Of a stretch of DNA of 64,000 nucleotides, positions 51,638 to 63,709 are shown piece after piece. Position 1 is the stretch's first letter. Every line of letters starts with the position of its first letter. Origin of the DNA: Octopus bimaculoides (lineage: Eukaryota); the NCBI RefSeq assembly GCF_001194135.2, contig NC_068994.1, forward strand, positions 40,657,329-40,721,328, in the 5' to 3' direction. The notes below the pieces were generated by a model. The model did no database searches and was not told the origin of the DNA. It was given only the letters and a program-made list of their open reading frames with translations. Both the position numbers and the translations under genes were made by a program.

Positions 51638-52744
51638 TTTTATTCCTTTTCTGTGTTACTCATGAAATAAATGTGAAAAAAGCTTTTGCAAATAATATGA
51701 AAAATATATTTAATCATCTCATCAGGAAAACCTTAAATAAAATTCTACAATTTAATTGGAAAACTATATTTTCAGTCAACTTGATCAGAAGACTTTCAAC
51801 AGTAAGATAAAACAAGAGCCTCTCATAAAAATTGGAATGGCTTCTTATTGTGTATGTGTATGTGTATGCATGCATGAACATATTGTGCATAGGTATATAT
51901 ATGTAATTATACATTTATATGCATATAAAATTCATACATACACACACACACAGATGCATACATGCAAAGATGAATGTGTATATACGTGTGTGAGTGTGTG
52001 TGTATTTACACACACACATATTTTATTTCATTGCAAGCTCCATAACCCTTGTAAGATTTTAATAATCAGTATCAATTAACAAGTATTTTTGTCTTTTCTT
52101 GTTTTACATTGTATTGTGTGTTTTTTTCTTTTTTTTTTTGTTGAATTCAAATTTCTCAAAGATGAAAATCCACTGTTTAAGTCAAATGAAATAAAACAAT
52201 TTCATTCATGATCATGAATAGAACAGAGGAGAAGAGAAGTTAAAGAATAGAATAGATTGGAATTAAATAAAATAGAGTTGAATTGATGTGAATAGAATAA
52301 AATAGATCTGATATTTGTTTGTTGATAATAAAACAATATTGTGTCTTTAGAAGTGGTAAGAAAAGAAAGAGCATAAGTGCAATAAACTGTGTAGTTTTTA
52401 TTGTTTCATTTAGAAAGATAATTAATAATATGTATGTGGAATAAGGTGGTTGGTAAGAAGTATGGCACAAGAATATATTACAGCATTTTAGATGTTTCTC
52501 TTTAAATTCGGAGTACAAATTGCACTGAGGTTGACTTTCACTTTTCACTTTCACTTTTTCTTCCACTTTTATCCTTTTCAGAGGCAGAGGTGAATAAAGT
52601 ATTAACATGTCAAGTATTGTCTGTCTATATAAAAGAATAATCTAAACTTGCTCGAATGTGTAACTATTTGTTAAAGCTGGAAATCATTGTTAAGTTAAAT
52701 CCTTTTACATTCTGATTTCAAATCCCATTGAGGCCACTGCTCCT

Positions 52745-52950
52745 TCTCCATAGTGCATCATGCAATGAGAGGTCCCCAACTTACACTGTTGCAAAACCTG
52801 TCATGAACCTACTTCCAGTGCAGATCAATGTCTGCCATATCCTCCTTCAGAGACTTCAACCAGATTTTAACAGGTCTACCTCAGTTCCTATGTCTCCTTT
52901 CTACTTTTCACTCAAGAAAGGCTCTCACTAGTCTCATCAAATATCATATG
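52745..52950 (-). pseudogene. Non-LTR (RTE-like) LINE ORF2 C-terminal remnant
   Basis: Minus frame YLMRLVRAFLE*KVERRHRN*GRPVKIWLKSLKEDMADIDLHWK matches the GRP..W....KED pattern. Confidence 0.6.
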
Positions 52951-55482
52951 GCCGACTACCTTTTACCATCTCAAGGTGAAAGAAACTCAGCCATATATCC
53001 TGGTTATATATAGCTGAATTATAAGTTATATTCATTTGAATAATTGTGCTGCTTCATGTAAATATTAAAGACATCTGTGAATTGGGAACATTTTATGAAT
53101 CAGTATTCAAGTGTAAATATCAGTATATGAATATTTTCTAAATCAACATAGATTTCAGGAAATTTATGAATCTTTTACTGGTCATTTTACATGTATATTT
53201 TACACATTACTTACACATATATCTGTATTTAGCCACAGATTTTATTGCCCATTAAATTCAGTTGTAATATATATACATGTATATGTGTGTATATGTATGT
53301 ATATATATATATATATNNNNNNNNNNNNNNNNNNNNNNNNNNNNNNNNNNNNNNNNNNNNNNNNNNNNNNNNNNNNNNNNNNNNNNNNNNNNNNNNNNNN
53401 NNNNNNNNNNNNNNNNNNNNNNNNNNNNNNNNNNNNNNNNNNNNNNNNNNNNNNNNNNNNNNNNNNNNNNNNNNNNNNNNNNNNNNNNNNNNNNNNNNNN
53501 NNNNNNNNNNNNNNNNNNNNNNNNNNNNNNNNNNNNNNNNNNNNNNNNNNNNNNNNNNNNNNNNNNNNNNNNNNNNNNNNNNNNNNNNNNNNNNNNNNNN
53601 NNNNNNNNNNNNNNNNNNNNNNNNNNNNNNNNNNNNNNNNNNNNNNNNNNNNNNNNNNNNNNNNNNNNNNNNNNNNNNNNNNNNNNNNNNNNNNNNNNNN
53701 NNNNNNNNNNNNNNGCAGGTGTGCGTGTATGTGTGTGAATGATGGGGTTCTGCATGGATTTTGTCTATCAAACTCCACTCACATACATAGGTTATCCAAG
53801 GTAACAATAGAAAGGCATTTGCTCAAGGTACCACACATTGGACTCATAATAGAACAATAGGGTTACAGAACCAACTTTCTAATTACACAGTCACACACAG
53901 TCATTGTTGCACCTATAATGTGAGGCAGTACAAAATAACAATGGTCGATACCATTACTGTTATTATTCCATTAAGTCTGCAATCATTGTCGTACCATCTG
54001 GTTGTTTCTTATATAGAAACTACAAGCTTCTGTTTGTACAGTTTTGGTAATGGTTAATAATACCTTATATCTTAATGGTATTTCGGTTGCATAATGTTTT
54101 GTAGCATTGGTACAATGTCATAATTTGTGGCTTTTTTTTTCTTTGGTTTAGCAAGAGGTTGGCTTGTTGATTAAATTGACCCCTGTAATTTTATTGTTAC
54201 TTGGTTTCTATTTTATAATGCAAATATATAGTGTTCAAGTAATGAATGTAAGAACCACAGCTCTTGAATAATATTGAACCTGCTTGTTTATAATGTAATA
54301 CTGACAGTTCATTGGAATGTCAAATTCTGCAGTAAATTGGAGGTGAATTTCATTTATTTAGTGTACATGTATTTTATGGAATCCTGTGACACCATATGTA
54401 AACATACATTTATATTCATTATATTCATCTATTTAAATACATTATTCTAGGAAAGAAGCAAAAAAGAAGAAATGTGTTTAACACAATGTAAGGTGTTAGA
54501 AAGTTTTTTTTAAATTGTTAGCAGCAAAGACAAAATGTCTCTCCATCTATATTTACCAAAGAAGATGTGTTATTGCAGTTATGGCTTTGTGTAAACATTT
54601 TTTTTTTTTTTTTTTTTTTGTAGAGGTACACAAGAGACAATTTGTCTTCCTTGAAACATAAAAAATAGATTGGAAGAATATTTCTTCTATGATTAAGAGA
54701 GAGAGAAAGTGAGAGAGAGGGGAGAAAGAAAAAGAGAGAGAGAGGGGAGAAAGAAAAAGAGAGAGAGAGGGGAAGAGTGAAAGAGAGAGAATTAAGGAGA
54801 GAGGGGAGAAAAAAGAGAGACGCATGTCTATGTTTCCTCTATATCTACCAAAGAAAATAAATCATCTCACTTAAGTTCTCATATACATTCAAGAAAAATA
54901 ATTGTTAACATTATCTATAAATTATTCCATAGAAGTATGAATGTATTAGGCTTGGAATTGTTTTCTGTTATTGTCAGGCTCAATATTACTGTATAAGCAC
55001 GCATATCTTTGAACTAGAATGAAAGTCCATGAGATTTATATATTTCTAACACCATGTTCCAATGTTCTTAGACATAAAAACTCTATTGGGTATAGTTATA
55101 TGGAAGTCTACCTTAACATTTAGATATCCACCCACCTGAGATTACTTCTGGCTCCAGTATGCAAAGCCTCTAAATTTGAACTTCTTGTATTTAAATAAAA
55201 ACTTTTTCTCACAAGTTTATCCAAGAACCTTATTCTAATGTTATATTCCAAATACCAGTTCAATGTAAAAGTATGTTATTCTCTTTGGACCCCTCAAAAT
55301 TCTTGCTTACTTTCAAGATTGTCTTTAAAATGTAGACTGTATCAACAGAACTATCATTACAGAATGGCTATATGTAATAATTGCAGACACCACATTTGAA
55401 TATACGTAGTTATTGAACTTAAACTAGGAAACAAAAATAAAAAGAATAGTTCTTTGGTAATAAATAGTCTTTTCATACATAC

Positions 55483-55624
55483 CTGGTAGTGTTTCATAAA
55501 AGCCTTCTTTTTGACCATGTCGTTTAATATCAATAGGTGATAATGTGGACTTCTTATTAAAATGGCTTGGTTCACAACTTGTAATTTCTTTGTCTTTCCA
55601 GCTGTCTGACATTTCCATTTCTTT
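55483..55624 (-). CDS. Candidate 142-nt exon, phase 0-1 (KEMEMSDSWKDKEITSCEPSHFNKKSTLSPIDIKRHGQKEGFYETLP)
   Basis: Consensus donor CAG|gtatgt; acceptor atgtcttcag (or aag 12 nt upstream); lies in ORF 55424-55663; hydrophilic, natural-looking composition. Confidence 0.4.
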
Positions 55625-55829
55625 CTGAAGACATGGCTTTTTGGGCCATAAAGAAAACAACAATTAATAAAAATATATATATATAAACATAATAACATGA
55701 AATAGCAAAGTATCTGCAATATTTCATTTAATTCTCAGAAGTATGTAGATATTTAAATATATCTATTATGTAAGTCTGTGGAAATATCTTGGAATAACTC
55801 AATTTAAGCCTATGCATATAGTGAAATAT

Positions 55830-55911
<82 letters not shown>

Positions 55912-56270
55912 TAAAAAAAACCCAGTCTACTCATGTTTGACTGATCCTGACTGTGAATGTAATTGGAGAAACTTGCAGTATTTATAAGATCATTGGAACA
56001 TTAGGTGTATGTATGCTGATGGGTTTGTTAATTGTAATTCATAATTTGAACTATAGGGAGGAATATGAATTAATGTTCATATGTGTGTAAGCATGTGAAA
56101 ATATATTTAGGTATATTTGTATTTAAGCTAAAGCATTCAACGAAATATTTAAGATAAGTTATACTTGAACTTCCATGGATCTATTAAAGGTCAGTTATAA
56201 GGAAAGAAGACTATGAGTTTGGTGGAAAATGTCACAAACAATTTTAATTTCTAATTGTATGTTGTTTCAG

Positions 56271-56354
56271 GTCTCTTACATTGCTCATGTTTTTGAGAAA
56301 TACACAACTGTTTGGAATCTTATTACTTCTGAAGCAATGAAGGATACCATTTGA
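56271..56354 (+). CDS. Candidate exon (VSYIAHVFEKYTTVWNLITSEAMKDTI*)
   Basis: Strong acceptor ttgtatgttgtttcag; the TVWNLITSE segment resembles a WD40 strand; ends in a stop. Confidence 0.2.
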   Translation, partial: VSYIAHVFEKYTTVWNLITSEAMKDTI

Positions 56355-56502
56355 TACATCAGTCTGATCAGATAACAATAGAAGAGTTTTAACCATTGGT
56401 AGATACCACCGATTACAAAAGGTCTGACAACTATCTATCACACTTGTTCAAGGAATTAAAAAAATGTATCATGTAAATTATAACCACCCAGTGATAAAGA
56501 AT

Positions 56503-56705
56503 TAGGTGGTGAGTTGGTGAAATCATTAGCACATCAGACAAAATGTTTAGCAACATTTCTTCTGGTTCTTTACTCTCTGAGTTCAAATCCTGTTGAGGTC
56601 AACTTTGCCTTTTATCCCTTCAGGATTGATAAAATAAAATATTATTCAAGTACTGGAATCAATGTGACTTGCCTCCTTCTCTCACAATTATTGGTCTTGA
56701 AACCT
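56503..56705 (+). mobile_element. SINE family B
   Basis: gagttcaaatcctgttgaggtcaactttgccttttatcccttcaggattgataaaataaaa. Confidence 0.75.
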
Positions 56706-57302
56706 ACAACAGACTGATGTCCCATTTAGGGGAATGTTGTGCTCTTAGTGTGCTCATTTATATGCCATGAAAACTGGGTAACCAGTCTTATGCATCCTAA
56801 GACTCAAAAAAGTAAGTGTTAGTGATTAATGATAAGCACCCAGTGGTGCCCAGTAGAATTGGTTGATAAATACCTTGATTCGACTTGTATGATTTTGTAA
56901 TTCTAAATAGTGAAGTAACATATGCTATCTGTTTGTCTTGTCATATTTATTTAAAAACACACAAACCCTGAGGTTAATACTTATCGAAGACATTTGCGTG
57001 TAAGACAATAATTAAGTTGGTGTTAAAATGTTAAAGGTAGTGAGCTATAATTATGTGGCAAAGAACGTACAACATTTCTTTAATGATTAATATTATTTTG
57101 ATCATTTGAGCAGTAGCAGGAGATATATTTTGATATTATCAAACCTCATAAGTCAAACATAGACTTTACTATATCAACTGAGCCAGTGATGTGAGAATCT
57201 CTAAGTACGTGTATTGTCTTGTTTCTTGCAAATAAGTATTCCTAATTTCGTAATTATTGGTTAATGCAATAAATATGTACTAACTTAATTGGTCATGTCT
57301 GA

Positions 57303-57605
57303 AGGAAAGACCCCCTTCAGCCATGAATAGAAGGTTACCCTCCAAGACACAAGTCCAGGCAAGTTTGTTTATGGAAGACCAGCAGTTGCCCATGCATACC
57401 AGCCTCCGCTCTCCACACCATAGTTGTTAGCCAAAGGAAAGGCAAATGCTAATACAGCTTGGAACAAGTGATGTTACAACACATTTTTACAGCAGCAGGA
57501 AATAAAATGTCTTGCTCAAGAACACAACCCACAACCTGGTCCAGGAATTGAACTCATTACCTCATGATTGTGAGCCTGGCACTCTAACTGCTGAGCTATG
57601 TGCCT
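57303..57605 (-). mobile_element. SINE family A, near full length
   Basis: Collinear with 9483-9811. Confidence 0.85.
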
Positions 57606-58257
57606 ACATTGGCCATGTCTACGTTTAATATTATTCCATGAATTTCCCTTGCATATTACTGAGATTGATTGTAAATAGCTTCTGTTGTTCACTATGAAAG
57701 GTTGTAACCAATTCTATATAAATGACACCAAAACCCATATTTTGTTTTGCTTCCTATCACAATCACAAACTAAACAATCTAACATCTACTTGTAGCCCTA
57801 TGAATTTCCTCTAATCACTCTTTCCTTAATAAATAAAAACATTTCAGACATTAGGTTGTTGACATTTTCAATGTGTAACAACACAAAAATACATGCAAAA
57901 CACAATAAGTCTGAAACAGAGCTGCTGCAACATTCACAGATATCTTAGATTGTATCCTGAGAAAAGAAACTCAACTAATTGACATAATATCACTCATAGA
58001 CATGTTCCACCCCATTTGGCCTACAGATATGCAGTCTTTTCATAGCATTTTCTACTGATTCTGCAATGGCCTCTGCTCTTTGGATCTGGTTGATTCCATG
58101 CTGCCTCCACTTTGTTACTTCTAATTCATTCATCTCCTTCTCTCACCACTCATGTGTTTAACTCCACCAAACCCCAAAGTAACCATTATGCCTAGTTCTT
58201 CCTTCCCAGAATGCCAGAACTTTTGCAATTCTCTTACTGCTTAAGTCTTTCCTGCAG

Positions 58258-58367
58258 TTATTGACTTACAACAATTTAAGCATAATGTTAATAACATCAT
58301 TCCCACAAGTCTCAGAAGGTCTGTAAAAGCTGTAGGTTCTGCCCATACCCCAAGACTTAGCAATTAA
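58258..58367 (+). CDS. Candidate terminal exon (IDLQQFKHNVNNIIPTSLRRSVKAVGSAHTPRLSN*)
   Basis: Acceptor aagtctttcctgcag; open to TAA at 58365-58367; AATAAA at 58367-58372. Confidence 0.2.
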
Positions 58368-58784
58368 ATAAAATGAAAACAAATACACATCACCAATGTA
58401 TGCCAATGAGGAAGCTTCAATGTAACCACTTGAAAAGCTAGAAATAACAACCAAATTTTTATTCAACCTACACCCTGGGAACTAAAAAAGACACATTTGT
58501 TTATGCAGTTTTAAAAAAACAAATGCATAGTCATAGACTGAATGACCCTACTCATCAATCAGTTCAATCAGGGTTGACTTAGAAAAGCAACACTAACAAA
58601 AGTAACAATGACATTGACTCACAAAGAAGTTTTCCATACATATGCTCTATCTCTAGGGACAAATTAATGAAAACTTTTATCACTAACATATTAAGAACTC
58701 CTCTGAAATATTTGGGTTCATCTTTGTTGGAAGTAAAATTCTTTAGTCTTGAACATTATCATAGATTTCTTAAAGGTCAAAATA

Positions 58785-58995
58785 TGAGGAGTGCGGAAAA
58801 GTTTCTAGCTTTGGATAAAAGAAAGTACTGGAAGATCAGTTAATTATGATTTTATTCAACATATTCCCCTCTCAAGTAGTTATTGCAGCAGTCCTTCAGT
58901 TTTTCTAAGCCCTGTAAAAGAACTCAGGAAGTTGAGCCTCTAACCAGGCCTTTCATGATACCCTTAAAGCTGGGAACTTTTTCAGCACCTCCTTG
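58785..58995. mobile_element. Mariner-type MITE, 211 bp, TA target duplication
   Basis: TA|TGAGGAGTGCGGAAAAGTTTCTAGCTTT ... AAAGCTGGGAACTTTTTCAGCACCTCCTTG|TA; imperfect TIRs of about 28-30 bp; no coding capacity. Confidence 0.88.
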
Positions 58996-59345
58996 TACAT
59001 TATTTCTTGGAAGGCAGCTTCTCAAACCAAAATCTTCAAACTGTTTTATTCATGAGAGACCTTTTATATTGCATTCTGGGTATATTAGGCATATTACATT
59101 GCTTGAAGTAAGCAAATAAAATATTACTTGCAGTATGTATATCACCTTATGTTTGCACTAAGTTGATCACAGATATTATCTTTGCAGTGCAAGGCTACTG
59201 GGTGGCTTGAAAAGCATTTCAAGTAAGTTTTCAGGTTGGTTGAAGTGTGAAATAAAATTAATGAAGATTCTTGGTGGATAATTGATATAAACACATGCAA
59301 CTATAAGTACATCCATAAATACATGCATACCTGCATTTAAGCACT

Positions 59346-59383
<38 letters not shown>

Positions 59384-60049
59384 TATACTAATGTTGTGAA
59401 ATTTATACACATGCACACATATTTTAGATGATTAATTTATAATGTATGCATGAGCATATATGAGTACAGGAATGTCTTTGGTGCATGTATAAATGTATGT
59501 ATATTCACATAGTTGTGTGAATGTCTCCTTGTGTATGTAAATCTCTATGCCTCAGCCTGCATAATTATAGGTATACCTAATATCATTAATATTTATTTCA
59601 TATTCTATAAAATCTAATTCAAAAATCTATGTGAAATATAATTATCTTTGCATTCATACAACAATAATCTAGTTAAAATGAATAGATAACTTTTTTAAAG
59701 GTCTTATAGATTTTTACATCTTCAGCTAATAATGTATGGCTACAAAATTAAGTTAATTAGCTATGTGAATTATTATTATTTGTTTAATTATTTTATCTTA
59801 TCTAAAATGAGGATAAAATCAGGAAATGAATAACTCTATGTATATAGTTAAAGCCAAATTAGAAGTACTGTATTAATTGCCCTTAACTGCTCATATTTTC
59901 CATTCATTTCTATAGTTATATTTAAATCAAGGCGGGGAAAACAAGTTTTTGTATTTCAAAGAATTTAATACACCGTTTACACTAAACCTAATATTACTTT
60001 TTTTCTCTTTTCTTCAGAGTATTTGATTAGTAGTAATTGTTTTGGGTGT

Positions 60050-60282
60050 GTGGTTTAGAAGTTTGCTTTACTAAATTATCATATGGTTTCAGGTTCAGTC
60101 CCATAGCTTGGTATTGTGAATTAGTGCTTTCTAATCTAGCCACAGGCTGAGTTTGAGTAGAATCTTATAGTCAGAAATTTGCAGAAGCATATATATATAT
60201 ATATATATATACATACACACGTGCACACACACACATGCATATCTATCTATCTATCTATCTATCTATCCATCCATCTATCAAG

Positions 60283-60319
<37 letters not shown>

Positions 60320-60366
60320 TAAGAATACATTCTAGCATCTGTGTATATATGCATAAATATATACAT

Positions 60367-60400
<34 letters not shown>
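60050..60400 (+). mobile_element. SINE family D, degraded, with a microsatellite tail
   Basis: gtgtggtttagaagtttgc...atggtttcaggttcagtccc, followed by (TA)n(CA)n(TATC)n. Confidence 0.6.
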
Positions 60401-60406
<6 letters not shown>

Positions 60407-60804
60407 CCATATCTGTGTGTTTTATATTTATATTCTTCTACATATGTTCATGTTCATTTATATGTAAAATTTGTACATATGTTTGTATGTATTTATACAT
60501 ATGTGTATATGTGTGTATTTATGTGAATTTGAGTATGTTTGTATAAATGTGTATAAATGTATATATATATATATTTGTGTGTATGGCCGTCCGTGCAGCT
60601 GAAGATGATTGTATGGGTATGTATCTGCATAGGAATTACTACATATATATTTGTGTGTATATGTATATATATATGTTTGTATGCAAACATTTGTATGTCT
60701 GTGTATTTATATTGAGTGTTTATGTATGTAATCTTAAGGGTGCCAAGTGTACAAATAAATATATTCCCCCATACTTCCTTACATTTTATGGTTTATATAC
60801 ACAT

Positions 60805-60835
<31 letters not shown>

Positions 60836-60882
60836 CATATACACACACATACATACCCATATATGCATATACTAATATATAC

Positions 60883-60935
60883 TTTTGTTATTTACACCAC
60901 CTGTCCTCATCTGTTGTTATTATTTGTATATTCTC

Positions 60936-60990
<55 letters not shown>

Positions 60991-61145
60991 CATATAGGGA
61001 GAATTCACAAACAAAAACAAAAGACGAAGACAGGTGGTGTAGAAAACAAACAGATGTATTAGTTTAACGCCTGGGAAGTGAAAAAGTCTTTAACGTTTCG
61101 AGCCTACGCTCTTCGACAGAAAGGCACACAGAAAGAAACAAGGAA
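60883..61145. mobile_element. Two oppositely oriented Penelope-derived repeat ends around a (TA)n core; the right copy carries a hammerhead-like motif
   Basis: 60883-60937 is an imperfect reverse complement of 60997-61052. Confidence 0.8.
61087..61122 (-). ncRNA. Minimal hammerhead-like motif with a non-canonical core (CUGUCGA)
   Basis: Minus strand: CTTT-CTGTCGA-A-GAGC-GTAG-GCTC-GAAAC-GTT-AAAG. Stem I 4 bp, perfect 4-bp stem II, palindromic AACGTT in place of stem III. Confidence 0.55.
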
Positions 61146-61633
61146 AGACACACACACGTGCACACATACATGCGCACACATACACACATATACGCACACA
61201 TCACATATAGGTAGGTAGATAGATATATACATATATACATACTTACATATGCATATACATACATATACATATAAACAGAATCCCATTGAGGATTATGCGT
61301 TATTGGTTATTATTATTCTTAATCAACTGTGTCAATATTCCCAGTATGCATAGAACATAACAAAATATATTTGCTATATTATCTAGTGTCATTGTGAGAA
61401 TTTAGATGTATCAGTGGATTAAGTACCTGACAACCAGCAGAGATATTGACAGCTCATATACTGTCAACAGAATGACATTATATCTAAGGTCAAGTTACTT
61501 AATTCGTGCTTGATTCAGTCTACCTAGCTGAAATTAGGTACCATGGCTTAAATACAATTTAATTTTCCATGTAGTATCAGCTGTGCTATTGTAAAATAGA
61601 TGATTGTCTTGTTAACTTGCAACTGAGTTCAAC

Positions 61634-61825
61634 AGAATAAGAACGAGCAGGGCAAGGTTCAGAGAGCTCCTGCTTCTGCTAGCAACAAAGTGCCTCTTCT
61701 TCAGAGTGAAAGGCAGATTGTATGATGCCTGTGTGCAAACAGCTATGCTACACAGTAGTGAAACATGGTCAGTGACAGTCGAGGACATGCATAGGCTTGA
61801 AAGAAATGAAGCCAGTATGCATATT
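61634..61825 (+). pseudogene. RTE LINE ORF2 fragment (region C-terminal to the RT core)
   Basis: RIRTSRARFRELLLLLATKCLFFRVKGRLYDACVQTAMLHSSETWSVTVEDMHRLERNEASMH matches the RTE 'KGRLY.A.V...MLYGSETW......RL...E' motif. Confidence 0.85.
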
Positions 61826-61914
61826 CAGCAGAGTGTAAGCATCTTAAAGTTTCCTAGTAAGCAGAGGTAAGACTGCACCACACTTTTTCAGCAAATGACA
61901 CTTCTTCAAGACGT

Positions 61915-62050
61915 CTATGACAACTGGGAAGAATTTTTCTTCAAACTGGGCACATTGAGACCAAATGGTTATAACAGAGTAAACTCTTCTCAAAACATTG
62001 ATCCATCAGGTGTAATGTTAAACTGGGTGATGAAACGTCTATCAAGAACC
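61915..62050 (+). mobile_element. Penelope-like element 3' end with a hammerhead remnant
   Basis: NWEEFFFKLGTLRPNGYN resembles the PLE C-terminal 'LGTL.PNG.N' motif; GAAACGTC at 62032-62039 is followed by tatcaa, complementary to the upstream ttgat. Confidence 0.6.
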
Positions 62051-62325
62051 AAGAACAGAATATCTTTTTGATAGCCTTGCTCTGATTTTCCATTTACAAA
62101 ATTTCACTCTCAACACCTGAGGGTCCATATAAGATTTTTAGGGGTCCACACCGCAAAATAGTAAATTGGGGATTCAAAATAGTATTTTAAGGGCTCCTGA
62201 AAATATTTTGCTTTAGATGTATGTATTAGTATGTATTGCAAGAAATAGCTAGGTTTCTTTTTCTTACATTTTTCGTAGCTCAACCTACACCAGTTAATAT
62301 CTGGAAAACAATATAAGAATTTCAA

Positions 62326-62810
62326 AATTCCTGCTTATGGCAAAGACAGGAGTACGGATGGCCCCTGTGCAAGGACAATCCGAACAAAGACAGGTGTTGT
62401 AAAGAGTGACCAGTAGAGCAGAAATGGTGCAAAACTGGGGTGCCATTGCCGAGTCTGATGTCTCAGAGGTGTTTCGTGAACCGGTCAGCCAGGCGGCGTC
62501 CCGTTTGACTGATGTATAGAGAAGGACAAGGGAGAGCAGGAGATGCAGTAGATGACATTGCTAGAACTGCAAGTGAAGGAGTCAGTGATATTATAGGGTT
62601 GATGATGGGTGCCTGTGAGGAGGGTGGTGTTGGAGAGGTAAGGGCAAGTGCAGCGGTATGGGTGGGAGTAGGGGAATGAGCCGGGTTGGGAGGTTGGGTT
62701 AGAGAAGAAGCTCTGGACCAAGAGGTCTCGTAAGTTTTGGTCTCATTTGAAGGAGGGGAGGGGTCAGTTAGGGAAGATGTGCGAAGTGGAGGGGTCGGAC
62801 TGGTGTGATA
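62326..62810 (-). pseudogene. Penelope-like element GIY-YIG endonuclease remnant with Cys-rich linker
   Basis: QPGSFPYSHPYRCTCPYL...ITDSFTCSSSNVIYCISCS / frameshift / CPSLYISQTGRRLADRFTKHL*DIRLGNGTPVLHHFCSTGHSL. Confidence 0.9.
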
Positions 62811-63192
62811 TATATACATGAATAGGTTACTTGGTATTTGTCCTTGTTGCATTCTTTATGTATCCATCTGCTTTGCAATTTGAACATGCAATTTCAAACA
62901 GACCCACTCACACATTACATATGCACAATTATGCATTTATAAATACATGCATATTTGAACACACATCTTCATACAAACAGACACACACAGACACAGACAC
63001 ACACAGACACACACACACACACACACAGATATATATATATATATATATATATACAGGTATTAATACGAGTCAAACTGTAATTAAATATATATATCATTCC
63101 TACTGATAGTGTCTTTTTCCCCTCAAGACTCTTCTGTATGAAACCTATTGGTAAAATCAGCTGCTATGGATCTATAATACTGTATTGTGTTG

Positions 63193-63226
<34 letters not shown>

Positions 63227-63569
63227 TTATTTGTATGATTCTGCAGAAAGATATTGCAAAATGACAATAATAAAATACATAGCTATATAAATTTTACATT
63301 ACAAAATACATGAAAAAAAAAAAAAAAAAAATTTCAGGGTTGCAATGGACTCTTCCATGCATGTAAAGCTAATTTGTCATATCAAAAGAATAAAGGGTCA
63401 AAGTTGGTTTTAAGGAAAGGCACTTCAAGACATTTTGTTATTGTATTTCGAATAATTTTGTTACTGTTTTGTTTATCTAGAACAAGTATAGAATAAGAGA
63501 GTAGTAATAATGTACATGGAAATATGAAATGCCTAAAGTGGAAAGCATTTGCAAGCTAAATAATATATA

Positions 63570-63607
<38 letters not shown>

Positions 63608-63645
63608 CATACACATGCATGTGTGTGTACATGTCTGTGCATGTG

Positions 63646-63709
<64 letters not shown>

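Noticed and set aside
52240-52608. 122-aa minus ORF
   Set aside because: Contains short internal repeats (aaagtg) and an AT-rich low-complexity tail; splice signals are weak.
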